Origin: the human T2T-CHM13v2.0 reference genome, Homo sapiens
DNA length: 64,000 bases
Assembly: GCF_009914755.1 (NCBI RefSeq)
Contig: NC_060944.1
Reading direction: 5' to 3' (one strand)
Shown: positions 1 through 12,894 of the stretch, piece after piece
Layout of the letters: each line of letters starts with the position of its first letter
Numbering within the stretch: position 1 is the stretch's first letter
Notes under the pieces: generated by a model
Seen by the model: the letters and a program-made list of their open reading frames with translations, nothing else
The model's database searches: none
What the model was told of the DNA's origin: nothing
Program-made: the position numbers and the translations under genes

Positions 1-1665
1 TGTGAGCCTCCCCCTTCTGAATCTCCTTCCCTATTTTCCTGATACTCTCCCCACCACACACCCTTATTCCTCTCCTGCGCTTAGGGAACTCTGGCACTTG
101 GAATGGTGTAGCCAAACTGTAATCATGCCTTCATAACATTGTATTGACAGGCATCTGTGACAATTTCACTCTCCCACCTGATTCTTAGAGTAATGTTTAA
201 AAATTTTTGGAATATCCACTCATGTTTCTCTTGAATCTCAACCAATCCAAAAGGTTCAGCTCAGTGTGATTTTGTGTGTGACATTTCCAATAGTTACACA
301 CCTTAGACCTTGGTCCAGCATGAGGGGATAATTAATAAGTACACTTTTTCTGCGGGTGCTTTTGGCAATACTACTCTTACCACTAATCTCTGAGCATAAT
401 TGGCTACAAAAAAAATCATGTGCTATTTCATAAAATTCCAAGCATGTGCAGACACCAGGTAGTATCCACCAACTTTGGGCCAATACTGCATACTTGGCAT
501 GTCATAATGATTTTTTTTTACCCCAGGAAGCCATGCTGAATTCTGGTGATAAAACACAGTGAGAGAAACATCAGCTCTTAATTATTTTCATTAAAAAACA
601 TAATTCCAAGAACAACTCTGAAATCATCTAGAGTTTGGAATATATTCCAGAGACACACATTCTTTCTCTTTCTTCCTCTCATCTTATAAGATAGGGTTAT
701 ATTTAGTTGGCTTTTTTCATAAACATGTATTTTACCTGAATTTGAAGATTAAATTTCTTAATATTTATATGAAGAATGTAGACAAGCACTAATGGTGTTT
801 TGTTCAGTCTGAGGAGAAGAAAGTTAACACACCATGAAAGCATAGGAATGTTTTAGAAGATTTTTAGCTCTCGCAATTGGGAATCTCCTGGTTTAAATTT
901 CTATCATTTCAGCCTCAGGGCAATCCAAATCATACAGGGCTTGGACTTCATTGCATCAATTCTAATAGTTTTTGCTTTTCTTCCCCATGAAAACCCCCGT
1001 ACTTTCCATGTATTGAGGTGTGGCTTCAGCCTTCAAGGGTCCATTCTCAGTATGCTTGAAATCTGAAGATGAAATGAATTTCATAACTGGAAAATCCAGT
1101 TATCAGGCATGAGCAAATGGCTGCATTTGTTTCAGATTCTTTTGCTAGTCGCTTCATTTTCTTCTAATTTAACAAGGTCATGTATGAAATTAGACTCAGC
1201 TGTTATTTATTTTATTACTGAGCTCCAAGGTATAAATGTTCCTCTCCTATCTAGAAATTTGCTTTCGACTTTCTTTCTCTTTATATGTACGTACCTATAT
1301 CATGTTTTGCAGCCTCCATAGATATAAGCTCAAAGTTAATTTTACCACGTCTTTTACTCATCTAGAAAAGAAAGGTAGCCATTCTCTCCCAGTGAACAAT
1401 CAAATTCTGCTGCCTTGAGGAACAAGTGATCAGAGCATTTCGTTTTAATAGAAAAGCTGTTTTTGTTTTGTTATATTTTTTTCTTGCAAGGTTTGCTTTC
1501 AGAGCTCTTAAATAAGGATCCACTTTCATATTTTCTGCTTGTGATTTGGACTCTGCTTCCGAAATGCATTTGAAGCTGTCTGATAACACAAGGCACATGT
1601 ATTATAACATCATTAAAATAGAAAGTTAAAAGTTGTGGGTGAAGGAAGGCAAACATTTACCAGCA

Positions 1666-1749
1666 GAATGAATGAATACCATGAATGAATGAATACCAAG
1701 AATGAATGAATACCATGCATAAATGAATACCATGGATGAATGAATACCA
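1666..1749. repeat. 17-bp minisatellite (GAATGAATGAATACCAT) x ~5
   Basis: Five adjacent units at 1666, 1683, 1700, 1717 and 1734, each with 0-2 mismatches. Confidence 0.95.
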
Positions 1750-1974
1750 GCTCTAGTGAGGACCTAGGGCTAAGCCAGAGATCTTACTGAGAGCCCTGGG
1801 CAGTGGAGGCAGAAAGGAGAAATGATGGATTACTTAGTTCTGGTTGGAGTGGTGCTGGAGTAGGGAAACCTACTGGATCATCAGGAGAGGCAACTTTTCT
1901 ATAGCACTGATTTATGAAAGGCATTTGTAATATGTGTTTTTAAAGATAGGGTAGACTTTGAAATGATTTTAATG

Positions 1975-2210
1975 ATTTTTAAAACATTTCATGGAAGCAT
2001 ATCATGCCCTGAGAAAAGAGCACATAAGAATAGGGCTGCATAAATTTTCACAGACTGGGCACATCCATGTAACCAGCACCCAGAGCAAAAACTGGAATGT
2101 CTAAGCCTCTCAACAGTCCCCCGCGTCTCTTTCCGGCCACGACTCCCTCCTCCCCAAAGGTACCATTATTGTTGACTTCTTAGAAGATAAATTGGCTTAA
2201 ACTTGTTTAC
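1975..2210 (-). mobile_element. Old L1 (L1MD/L1ME-type) 3' fragment
   Basis: aattttcacagact..catccatgtaaccagcacccag resembles the antisense of the L1M 3' UTR. Confidence 0.65.
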
Positions 2211-2384
2211 TTTATATATTTTAAAACACATTTCAATCATTTACTCTATCTTTACTTTTAAAATAATAATTTTGTTCACTTATGGTTTCATCCATCTATT
2301 CATTCAACTTATTGATTCAAACAAAAATTCTTAAGCACCTGCCATACGAGTAACAACCATGAGGTTTAGAATATTTTAAACCTT

Positions 2385-2780
2385 TCAATTGTTTCCTATT
2401 TTTTTTAATTTGTATGCACTAAAATTCACTTCTTTTCTCTTTCTTTCTTTTTCTGTGAATGATTACATGAATTTTGACACATGTAAATTAATGTAACCAC
2501 CACCTTACAAGAGATTCAGAACAATCTCATCACCCCCCAAAAGCACCTGTTAATACCCTCTGTAGTCCTACATTCTTTGCAGACCCCTAAGTTCTGGCAA
2601 CTCCTGATGGAGCTTTATATTTTGAGTTTCAAGGCAGTAATGAGGATACATTTTTCATTCTTCATTTCTCAGCTGCAAACATTCCATTTCACCTTCCTCT
2701 ATCTCTGCATCTCCATCATGCTAAAGTCATTTCATTTTCTGACTGCAAAAGGCCAAAGTTTTTCTATCCATATTAAGAAA
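2385..2780 (-). mobile_element. Old L1 (L1MB/MC-type) 3' fragment
   Basis: gaattttgacacatgt..atgtaaccaccacc..cagaacaatctcatcacccccc..ctggcaac. Confidence 0.65.
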
Positions 2781-2871
2781 GATATTTTTCTGGTCAAAAA
2801 TTGCAGTGTTCCACCAGACTGACTAACTTTGTTTTCTGCACAAAATGTTTTTTTTTTTTTTTTCTTCCCAG

Positions 2872-2917
2872 AGGTTGAGTCGCTTATGCTGCTGAGCACA
2901 GGAATTTTGACCTTTGG
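2872..2917 (+). other. Candidate 46-nt exon (splice signals only)
   Basis: TGACTAAC branch-like motif at 2820-2827; T16-containing pyrimidine tract with no intervening AG; cccag acceptor; TGG|gtgagg donor. Confidence 0.3.
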
Positions 2918-3489
2918 GTGAGGCTCACTCTGAATCTTCCACTGTGAATAAAACAGATCCCAAGATAGAGTGGAAAAGAAATACCCAGAGCTGAATTAGG
3001 AGCAGCTGGCAGATGGGCTCTGAAATGCAAAAATACCCTTTTGAGTTTCTCAAAATTCTAGTTCTCTAAGAAAATATTTATTTTTTCCCAATTAATCCAC
3101 ACTCAATAATTTCCCCAAGTTATCTTTTGATTGGGAAGTTCTGTACCACATTGTAGTAACACCGATAACAGTGAAGTAGGTGGTGCTTTGGAAGGAAATC
3201 AATCAACTTACATTGTTTTATGCATAACGGCAGTTGGAAAACTGTTCCTATGATTTCGGTGGTATTCTGCCTTCTCCATCTGAAGGGAAACACTTCATAC
3301 ACTTGCCTGTGTAAGAAAGGTGAGTCTGAATTGCAAAATGGGCTTTGTTGATAACTTCCTTAGTCTTTTATTTAGTATGTCATATTACGAATGCAAAATA
3401 TATTCCGTAGAGAAAAGCATGAAAATACAATCAAGCAAAAGAACATTGAAAACACCCTACTCCTTTGTCTTCAGAAGCAATCACTCTTT

Positions 3490-3815
3490 TTTTTTTTAAC
3501 TTTTTATAATGGAAAATTTCAAATGTATACCAAAGCAGAGAAAATAGTACAGTGCAGTCAACGCACCTATTGCCAGCTCCACCAGTTATCGACTCACATC
3601 TACTCAGAGTTCATATCTACCCCAACCCCACCCTGCGCTGAGTATTTTCAAACAAATCCAAGACATCGTATGATTTCATTCATAATCCCAGTGCGTATGT
3701 ACCTCTAAAAGGTAATATTTTAAAAAATATAACTATAATGCCATCATCACAGCTAAAAAACATTAATAACTCCTGTTTATCGTTAAATATTCTGCCAGTA
3801 CAAGCTTCTCTGATT
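3490..3815 (-). mobile_element. L1MC5-like 3' end, within older L1ME4-like sequence (~3390-4150)
   Basis: tttttataatggaaaatttcaaatgtatac..agagaaaatagtac..aaatccaagacatc..ctctaaaaggtaa. Confidence 0.7.
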
Positions 3816-3912
3816 AACTCTTTTTGGCCATATTTGGGTATAAATCGTTGGAAAAACCACTATTTGTAACATCTTGGTATATATCCTTTCCAACTCTTGT
3901 CTTTCTTCTCCG

Positions 3913-3953
3913 TGCGTGCGTACTCCCTGCGTGCGTACTCCCTGCGTGCGTAC
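3913..3953. repeat. 15-bp CpG-rich tandem repeat (TGCGTGCGTACTCCC) x 2.7
   Basis: Exact units at 3913 and 3928; partial unit at 3943. Confidence 0.95.
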
Positions 3954-4584
3954 ATATTTATGTGGGCATGTGTTCCCCTCTAGATTTCCTGCCATAGATA
4001 AACACATGTACTCATATTCATAAATTGGCTTATATCTGCAATACTTTTCTGGAACATCTTTTCATAAGAGTACATGTGCTTCCCTCATTGTTTTCTCCCG
4101 TGACTATTTAGAATCTCATAGGATGGATTACTATTATTCATTTTGTCATTTCCTTTTCACTGTTGATTGTGAACCATCCTTCACTGAAAGTAAATAACAT
4201 TTAAATTATCACTGAATATAAGTTCAGTTACCTTTAGATATTAGCAAAGGTAATATATTGGTGAGTGAAGCAATGAGCAACACAGAATCTGTCTCTGATG
4301 ACTATTTTTGGGCAAGTGTGTTTTACTTTCAGTTAATATGCTTGAACCACATGCTCCTATAACTTTGTATGTTTTTGTAGTTTGTCTGACACCAAGTTAC
4401 ACTGCCAGGAAAGTGGCCACTGTTCATATTAATCTGGAAAGTCTGAGTTGCCATGATAAGTTGGGTGCATGATCACAGGTAAATAGACACGATATTTGAG
4501 TCACAGTGTTTTCAGACCCTGATGAGTTCTGATGATTCAGGACCACTTGGCCTTATTTACATTTGTGATATTCTGCATGGGTGG

Positions 4585-4822
4585 GACGTGTACTTTGGAG
4601 TCAGATAAACAAAGCGTGAATCCTGCCTCCAGCATTTTTTGCCGGGTGACTTAGAACATATTAACATCTTTAAGCTTGAAATGTCTTCACCTGCTTAAGG
4701 AAGATAGTAATAGTGCCTACTCATGAGGTGGTTGTGAGGATTGAATGTGGTAATGATGCAGTTATGGGGCCTTGCATAGTGCCTGGCAAGAGCTCAGTAA
4801 ATGGTAGCAGCTTTCAGTTATA
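4585..4822 (+). mobile_element. MIR SINE
   Basis: ctttggagtcaga..aatcctgcctcc..gtgactt..taatagtgcctac..gttgtgaggatt..agtgcctggca..ctcagtaaatgg. Confidence 0.85.
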
Positions 4823-4829
4823 GTTAAAA

Positions 4830-5190
4830 GACCAAACTAAATGCCATATGCCAGAGACTATGCACAGAGAGATTCCATTTATGTACAGTATAACAACAAG
4901 AAAATGAATCTAAGCCATGAGAAGTCACAATGGAAGTTACAGTATAACAACAAGAAAATGAATCTAAGCCATGAGAAGTCACAATGGAAGTTATCTTCCA
5001 GAGGGCAGTGGCTAGAAGGAGGAACAAGGGGCTCCTAGGGTGTCGATAATATTATTTTCCTGAATATGTGCTGGTGACTTAGTTGTATGCAGTTTCAGAA
5101 AATCCGTTGAGCTGTGACTTCATTACTTACGACTATGCATCTTCAGGTACTTTATGTTTCAGTGAAAAGCTAAAACTGAAAAAATATAAA
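4830..5190 (+). mobile_element. L1ME-type 3' end
   Basis: gattccatttat..agaagtca..ggctcctagggtgtcgataatatt..aaaatccgttgagctgt, followed by an A-rich end. Confidence 0.7.
4884..4991. repeat. Perfect 54-bp tandem duplication
   Basis: 4884-4937 is identical to 4938-4991. Confidence 0.97.
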
Positions 5191-6559
5191 ACAAACAGTA
5201 TAACATTAATCTTATTTGTGGTAATAAGGCACCTGGCATATAGTAACATAGAAGATAGACAGATAAACAGATAGATATAGCGATATGGGGAATACTAATC
5301 ATTGTTAGCAATTTGAACCGTTTTTTAAAATTAAATTTTAGGAAAATTGAGTTGAAAATAATATTGATTCAAGTCAAACACTACATATATTTTGAATTGG
5401 TCGTTCTAAACTCTTCTCCCTCATATTTTCAAGACAACATTCCATATTTAAGTTGGAAGCAGATACTTGCTTTGCTTTCTCTGGTTTTCTCTCGGGAGAA
5501 AATATTAGGGGTGCAACTGTGGCATCACCAGCCTCATCTTGCCTGTCTAGAGCAGAGCAGAGCTGCTGCTTTGAAATGAGTTATTGGGAGCCTCAGAAAC
5601 CCTGAAGAGGTTTGGCCATACCCAGTAGCAAGCTCTGCTTATCAAATTGTCCCAAAGAGTAATTCTTTTCTCATAATACCTCCAAGAAGCAACAATCAAT
5701 TCATGACCTTTTTTTGGGTAGTGACATTTCAAGTGCTCAGAAGAACATCTGAAGTTTGAGAAAATAGACCCGAGAAATAGGTATTTAATTTACTTGTTCT
5801 CCAGCAATCACACTCATTTTGTCAAGCAGAATGAAATGAGCTAGGCACAGCATTTCATATGGTGAAGCTTGCTGTTTGGTACAGCTTTAACTGCCAAACT
5901 GAGGGGAGCCCTCAGGATGTGTTTGTGGAATTTCCTTTGTGGAAAAATTTCAGTTCTCACTGTTGTTAGTCCTTTTGTCTCACAATCATACATGTGTACT
6001 TAAAAAGCCTAAGAGGTAAAATATTTGATAATTCTCCTTTTGAAATGCAATGCATACAGTGTAGTCAGATTTCATGGAAGTCACCTAGTGTAGAGATTTT
6101 AACAATTAAAAACTAGTTTAAGCAGATGGGTCATAATCGGTATTTCCTAATGTGAATATGGATATGGAAAATATAATTATAAGGATGTTAGACCCTCTCT
6201 TTTGCTGTCACAGCACACAGCTGGAAATTGCTTATTATTAGCTTGCAAATCCTACAGGAAAACACAGAATTATTTTTAGTACTCAGCAAATTTATGGTGG
6301 TAATTATGAGTACTTGCATCACTTCCGGAATGCAAGAGTCCTATATCTTTAGTCTCCATGTTGAGAAGATAATTTTTATCACTTGTATGCCCTGCATATT
6401 GATTTCTGTGGTCACTGGGAATCAAAAGTACTTTTCTGGTAATACAATGGGTGACAGTAGTCATTTTGCAATGTAAATGGTTTGGAAGGCTCTGCAGCTG
6501 TGGGTTTCTTAAATCTTGAAAATAGATAAAGTAAAAAAAGAATTGCCTTATTTTCCCAT

Positions 6560-6979
6560 CACCAAATTTGCCAATCTACCTGCATCTGAAGTCACACCTT
6601 CTGCCTCCTTCCCGTGACAATTTGGAGTCATTCTTCTGGCTCTGTTAAGAGTCAAATCCTTCCCTGGTGTCCGGGATCCTATCTGCCTTTAGCATTACTT
6701 AAGAACTCCACTCCCACTCCCACACTCCATCTCCCTGGGATCATCTGTGTGCCCCCATTAGTCTACATGCCGTAACTGTGGCCTCATTTACTGCAAAAGT
6801 CCTCAGAGAATTAGCTATGTTAATGGTCTCCACTTGCTCTCCTCCCCTTCTCTCCTCAGTCTAGTCCACTGGGTTTCCAAACCCATAAGTCTTCTTTATA
6901 AGTGACACCTCCATCTACTATTTCCTCAGGCTGAGAACACTGGAGTTTATAAGTTTTCTTATAAACTCAATCTCCAAAA
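6560..6979 (+). mobile_element. L2 LINE fragment (resumes ~7590-7785 after LTR insertion)
   Basis: Pyrimidine-rich L2 motifs; ctccaaaa|..|atatatttgcaatccaaccattt joins across the LTR. Confidence 0.65.
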
Positions 6980-7589
6980 TGTAGTGGCCAATGGAAAACT
7001 TCCTCTTTACCCTCTGAAGGTTTGCTGAAAATCAACTGACAAAAGGCAGATTAATAGGTGAAAAGGCATTCACATTGGTTAACATTCCTGGGGAGAACCA
7101 GAGTGATTACCCCATCACATCATAACCATAACAAATGGTTATGGCTCTTCTTCTTAGGGGAAAGGGGAGGGAGAATTTTAGATGATTTGGGGGATTAGTA
7201 AATGATTTTTAGGGGAATTCAGTGAACTTGAAGAATACACAATGGCATAGGATAAAGTCTGTGGGGCCTGCACAACAGACAATGGTTGGGCCTGCAGAAC
7301 AGACAAAGTCTGTGCAGGTGTGTTGACAGACTTCCATTTTTCTTCCTGCAACATGAGTTCAGTCAATACAAACTCAGGGAAGGGACCAGACATGACTGTT
7401 TTCTTCTTTGGCAGGTCTGGACTTTAGGCAGATAAAGGAACTTCAGAGAACAATCCATCATGTGCTTTGGGAGAGACAGAGGATTGAGAGAGATGGGGAA
7501 GGGAGATGTCAGAGAGACCTTGAGGCTTCTTTTTCAGTTCGGAAGGTGGAAACACCATATTATAAGATACTGGTTTCTAAGACCTGACA
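6980..7589 (-). mobile_element. ERV1 solo LTR, MER34/MER39-like
   Basis: TG..CA termini; ccctctgaaggtttgctgaaaatcaactgacaaaaggcagattaatagg; near-TSD aaaa/agaa. Confidence 0.75.
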
Positions 7590-7789
7590 AGAATATATTT
7601 GCAATCCAACCATTTTTCACTGTCTCTGTTGATGTGTTCCCAACTCCATCATCAGTACACAGACGTCCACTGGTTGTCACCCAAGCCCTGCTTCTTGCTG
7701 AATCTAATGACTGTCAATTATTTGGTCTTTTTAAATTTGACCTCTCTTGATGAAACTTTTTTTCTCTTTGTGCCTCTGTGACCTCCAGT

Positions 7790-8680
<891 letters not shown>

Positions 8681-9979
8681 AATTCACCTAGTGCTTGGTC
8701 CATGACTGTATTCAGCTAGACCCTGGGAGGCATGTCATGAGTGCCTGGTGTGCATATACTTTGCCTTCCAAGCTCTTGGCATTTTCCTTGACCTCACAAC
8801 TAGAAAAAAACATCAATTTGGTTGTATATCTGTAACTGAGAGTGCTTGTTTCTAAAAATGCAGATTATATAAACATACAGAAGCTTATATATACTTGGCA
8901 AGAAATGTGCAATTAGTCACGTGGTGGAAAGTCCCTCCGCACGACTCATGTAGTCTACCTGCTAGAATTCTACTTCTTTTATGTCTTTTGAAGGCAAATG
9001 CCATGCTGTCACCTGAAGAATCCACTGGCATTCTGTTCATGTAGGTAGTAGCCTTCCTGTCTTTTTGCAGTGTGGAGAAGGGATTGGGAGAAAAGACGTG
9101 TCCTGCAAACCCTGAGACATCACCAAGGTTTGCAAACTGTGGTTCAAGTTCTTCACCTCTTCACATCCACAGGAGAAATATCTGTTCTGACATTGTCTTT
9201 AGTGCTAAACTATTGTAATCAAGTTCTGTCGGGGTTGAGAGATATTCCTTACTTAGTAGAAAATATCTCCTGGAGTTCTGGCAATTGAAAATGGCCTCGG
9301 CTCTCACCTGACTTCCCCTGCAATTGCAAAAAATTCATCAGCTGAGTCGGGATGTTAAGGCAAAAATATGATTTCTTGAAGAGAGAGGGAGGAGAAGAGA
9401 AAAAAAAAATAAGTGCAGTGTGGTCTACCGGTTTGTGTCGATGCTATTCAAAAACATCTCTCAATCCATTTATCCTTTCCAAACCCAGGAGGGTACCAGT
9501 GCCATCCCCTTCCTAATTCAAGGCCTGCTCTACCTTCAATGGCCTGTGCACCTTGCCTACCTCTGGAACTAGTTCTGTGGTCTCTTTCCCTCTCAGTTAT
9601 CTCTACAACTTCTTAGCTTAGAAGTCCTCTTAACAAAAGACTACATAAAGAAATGTGAAAAACGGAGAAAGTATAGGGAACACATTTAACGGGCAGATTA
9701 TGTATCAAAGCTAATGTCCCTGAAGTCTCGATATTCATCCAGCCTTTTAGCATCGTTGCAAGATTCATCAGTGGAGAAATTGGGGAATGCAATCCTGCTT
9801 CATTTTCTGCGGAGTGGCTCTGTTTGGAGCAGGAACCCATGTAGCTTGTAATCTCCTACGTAATCTTCCAAAGGCTTTCTGTTTTCTTGCAGACAAGCCT
9901 TTATGCTCTTCCCAGTGCCACATTCCTGAGAACCCTAGGGCTCCAAGAAGTGTTCTGTTTGCATCCTTCATGCCATGTG

Positions 9980-10290
9980 TTTTTTGTTTTTGTTTTTGTT
10001 TTTTTTTCTTATTGAGATGGACTTTCACTCTGTCACCCAGGTTGGAGTGCAGTGGCATGATCTCAGCTCACTGCAACCTCCGCCTCCTGAGTTCAAGTGA
10101 TTTTCCTGCCTCAGCCTCCCAAGTAGGTGAGATTACAGGTGTGTGCCACCACGCCCGGCTTTTTATATTTTCTGGTAGAGACAGGGTTTCACCATGTTGG
10201 CCAGGCTGGTCTCAAACTCCAGACCTCAAGGCCAAGTGTTTTGGCCTCCCAAAGTGCCGGGATTACAGGCGTAAGCCACAACACCCGGCC
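9980..10290 (-). mobile_element. Alu (AluS)
   Basis: Full antisense Alu with a (TTTTG)-type tail. Confidence 0.97.
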
Positions 10291-10460
10291 TGCTGTGGGT
10301 ATTTTGTGATCACACTGTCCCCTCCAAACACACCTTGTGGAAGACACTTGCTCTGCCATTCTGGATTTAAAATAACTAAACTTTAAAAGTTAGGAGTAAT
10401 TTTCTATCTGGGTATTACCCTAAAGAGTCTTCCAAACGACTCCAAAGATTTTACCCCATA

Positions 10461-10651
10461 GAAGTATTCCTCTAAGTGTCCCCTGCAACTTCATTAAATT
10501 TATCCGGGATATTTGTTAAAAATGCAGCCCCCTGGATCTCACTGGAGACTTCTAAAACAGTTTCAGAGAGTGGGGGCCAGGTTTACATGTATTTTTTAAA
10601 AGTTCTACAGTCTATTCTTACAGAAGCAAAAGTTGAAGAACCTCTGGTTTA
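10461..10651. mobile_element. MER5 (hAT-Charlie MITE)
   Basis: ttgttaaaaatgcag..ggggccagg..aaaagttgaagaacctctgg. Confidence 0.7.
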
Positions 10652-11034
10652 TTGTGTAGATTTTTGGCGTCATAGAAAGAAAGCAAATTATAGAGCTAGG
10701 AAAGGAAAATATTGCCAGCTTAACACTTGAGTTATCTGAGATAAAATGGAATAGCTTTTAGAAATAATTAAGCATCTATTTTCATGTGTTTTGGGAAAAA
10801 AATGAGATGTAATCTCAAACCAGTGATTCCATTGATATTACAGTTGGCAATGAAACTGAAAAAAATAAATAAAATAAAGTGAATCTTTAAAGAAAAACCC
10901 TAAGCAAATAAAAGTAAAAGGGATTTAAATTGGTGGAAGAGTTCTATTGTTGTTTTCAAATCCCTGTTCAGCCACTAATGAACAGCGTCACATCAGACAC
11001 ACACGTTTCTTCATGTTCCCTTCCTTGCGTAGTG

Positions 11035-11052
11035 TACCCACAGGGGGCACTG
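11035..11052 (+). promoter_or_regulatory. Possible CTCF motif
   Basis: CCCACAGGGGGCAC versus consensus CCRSYAGRKGGCRS: two mismatches in the 5' half. Confidence 0.25.
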
Positions 11053-11430
11053 GTACCCATGCCGGGGCTGGTTACCACCTTCCCGTGGGCCACAGCAGCT
11101 TCCCAGCAATGCTCCAGGAGCATGGGGCTGGCTGCTTGTAAAATCATGACGTTATTGTCTTCTGTGTCTACTTCCACTTTCCTCCTCACCCCTATTTTTC
11201 CCTACAATGTCCCATCTCCCCCCTGACCTGTCCATGCCAGTGACTATAACCTTCATAGTCCTCTAGCTTGACAGAAAGGAATAGCCATCTTTATGGATTT
11301 CTCCAACAGACGGGCTGGTTGGCACCAGTCTTTCCAGGATGGAGCTTGCTAATCAGATACACATAATGATGCTGATGTGCCAGTCTAGGGGACTACACTG
11401 CTATGGTCCAACTTGCAGTGACACAGTGGA

Positions 11431-12221
11431 TGCAGCAGACACGGTCAGTGGGTCAGTGGTCCCCCTACCCCCTTTGATCTCTCCGTGTGCTCCATCTGAC
11501 TTCCAGCCACCACTATCTGTGCTGGAGGGTTCTTTTTTCTTCTTCTTTTTTTTCTTTTTTTTTTTTTTAGATGGAGTCTCGCTCTGTCGCCCAGGCTGGA
11601 GTGCAGTGGTGTGATATCAGCTCACTGCAACCTCCGCCTCCTGGGTTCAAGCAATTCTCTGCCTCAGCCTCCTGAGTAGCTGGGATTACAGGCATGCAGC
11701 ATTGTGCCTAGATAATTTTTTGTATTTTTAGTAGAGACAGGATTTTACCATGCTGCCCAGGCTGGTCTCGAGCTCCTGACCTCGTGATCCACCCACCTCG
11801 GCCTCCCAAAGTGCTGGGATTAGAGGCGTGAGCCACCATGCCCGGCCTGGAGCGTCCTTTTTACCAAGTGCAGAGAGCCTTGAAGCCCACAGTGCTCAGG
11901 AATTAACTCCCCTAGGAGCATCACTCATCCAGTGACTCTCTGAATATGGCATATAAATATCCAAGCTCTCTCCCCCAGGGATGGGATCATTCTGTGGCCT
12001 GTAGTTGCACCTTTTCCAAGAGCTTTCCAGTAGGATTAAGCTCCAGTTGCTCCCTGAATCATCCGTCTTAATAGCAGACACTTTGTTGGTTGCCTTCTTT
12101 TCCCTATTTCACTGCCTCATTTTTTTTTTTAATTCACACTTCCTGGGACTACCTCAAAAATAAACTACTAGCCCTGAATTTGTATCTCAGGGTGTGCTTC
12201 TGGGAAAACCCATTACCAAAA
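11431..12221 (+). mobile_element. LTR16A (ERVL) solo LTR, interrupted by an Alu
   Basis: ggaattaactcccctaggagca..tataaata..ggattaagctccagttgc..aaataaactact..tctcagggtgtgcttctgggaaaaccc. Confidence 0.85.
11538..11847 (-). mobile_element. Alu (AluSg/Sg7-like)
   Basis: Diagnostics gacctcgtgatcc and caattctctgcc; TSD tggagggttcttttt / tggagcgtccttttt. Confidence 0.97.
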
Positions 12222-12507
12222 CCCGTCACACTATCAACAGAAACCTCATAGTGCTGCAATGCCTTTCCTTTACTATTAACCAAAGTGAGAATTTAGGATT
12301 ATGCATCCAATTCAAGTAAAGGGCTGGAGTATCTTTCTGATTGGGGAAGGACAAAGTTTGTAACAGACGAAAGCTCTTAGCACCCTCCTAGCCACCCTCC
12401 AGCTGTGCCCCATATGGTTGTTAATTGAATGTCAGTTATGGCTTTTCCCTACTAATACCCTAAAATGCCCTTGTTCATCATCTATTTGATCTGTTAATCC
12501 AGCTAAG

Positions 12508-12706
12508 CCCATGGTTCCCAAACATTAACACACGTTGAGATCCACTAGAGGACCTTGTTAAGGCCACACATTACTGGACCACTACTTCACCCCCAGTGAC
12601 TCTGATACAGTAGGTCTGGTGTGGGGCCTTAGGATTTGCATTTCTAGTGGGTTCCCAAGTGATGCTAATACTGCTGGCCCAGGGACCACACTGAGAACTG
12701 CTGGTG
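12508..12706. mobile_element. MER5A
   Basis: tctgatacagtaggtctgg..atttgcatttcta..ttcccaagtgatgct..ggaccacactgagaactgctg. Confidence 0.85.
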
Positions 12707-12894
12707 TGAGCCTGCATTCACCATAATCTCTTGAAACATGAAGCTTGGTGTTTGCATCTGAGATAAAGCATTAATTGATTTTTCTTTTAAAATTTTATCT
12801 ATTGGTTTTGATTAGGTAATTTATTTACCTGGCTTAAAAGTCAGAGCATATAAAACAATAGATGGATTCTTTCTTAACATGATAAAACACACTG

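Noticed and set aside
61-1600. Decayed coding sequence on the minus strand
   Set aside because: The frames I translated by hand are broken by frequent stops and match no family I recognise.
1666-1749. CRISPR-like array
   Set aside because: The units are contiguous with no unique spacers, and the context is primate.
3218-3319. EGF-like peptide (..HNGSW..SYTCLCKKG) ending at a splice donor
   Set aside because: Cysteine spacing is wrong and there are no companion exons; probably chance.
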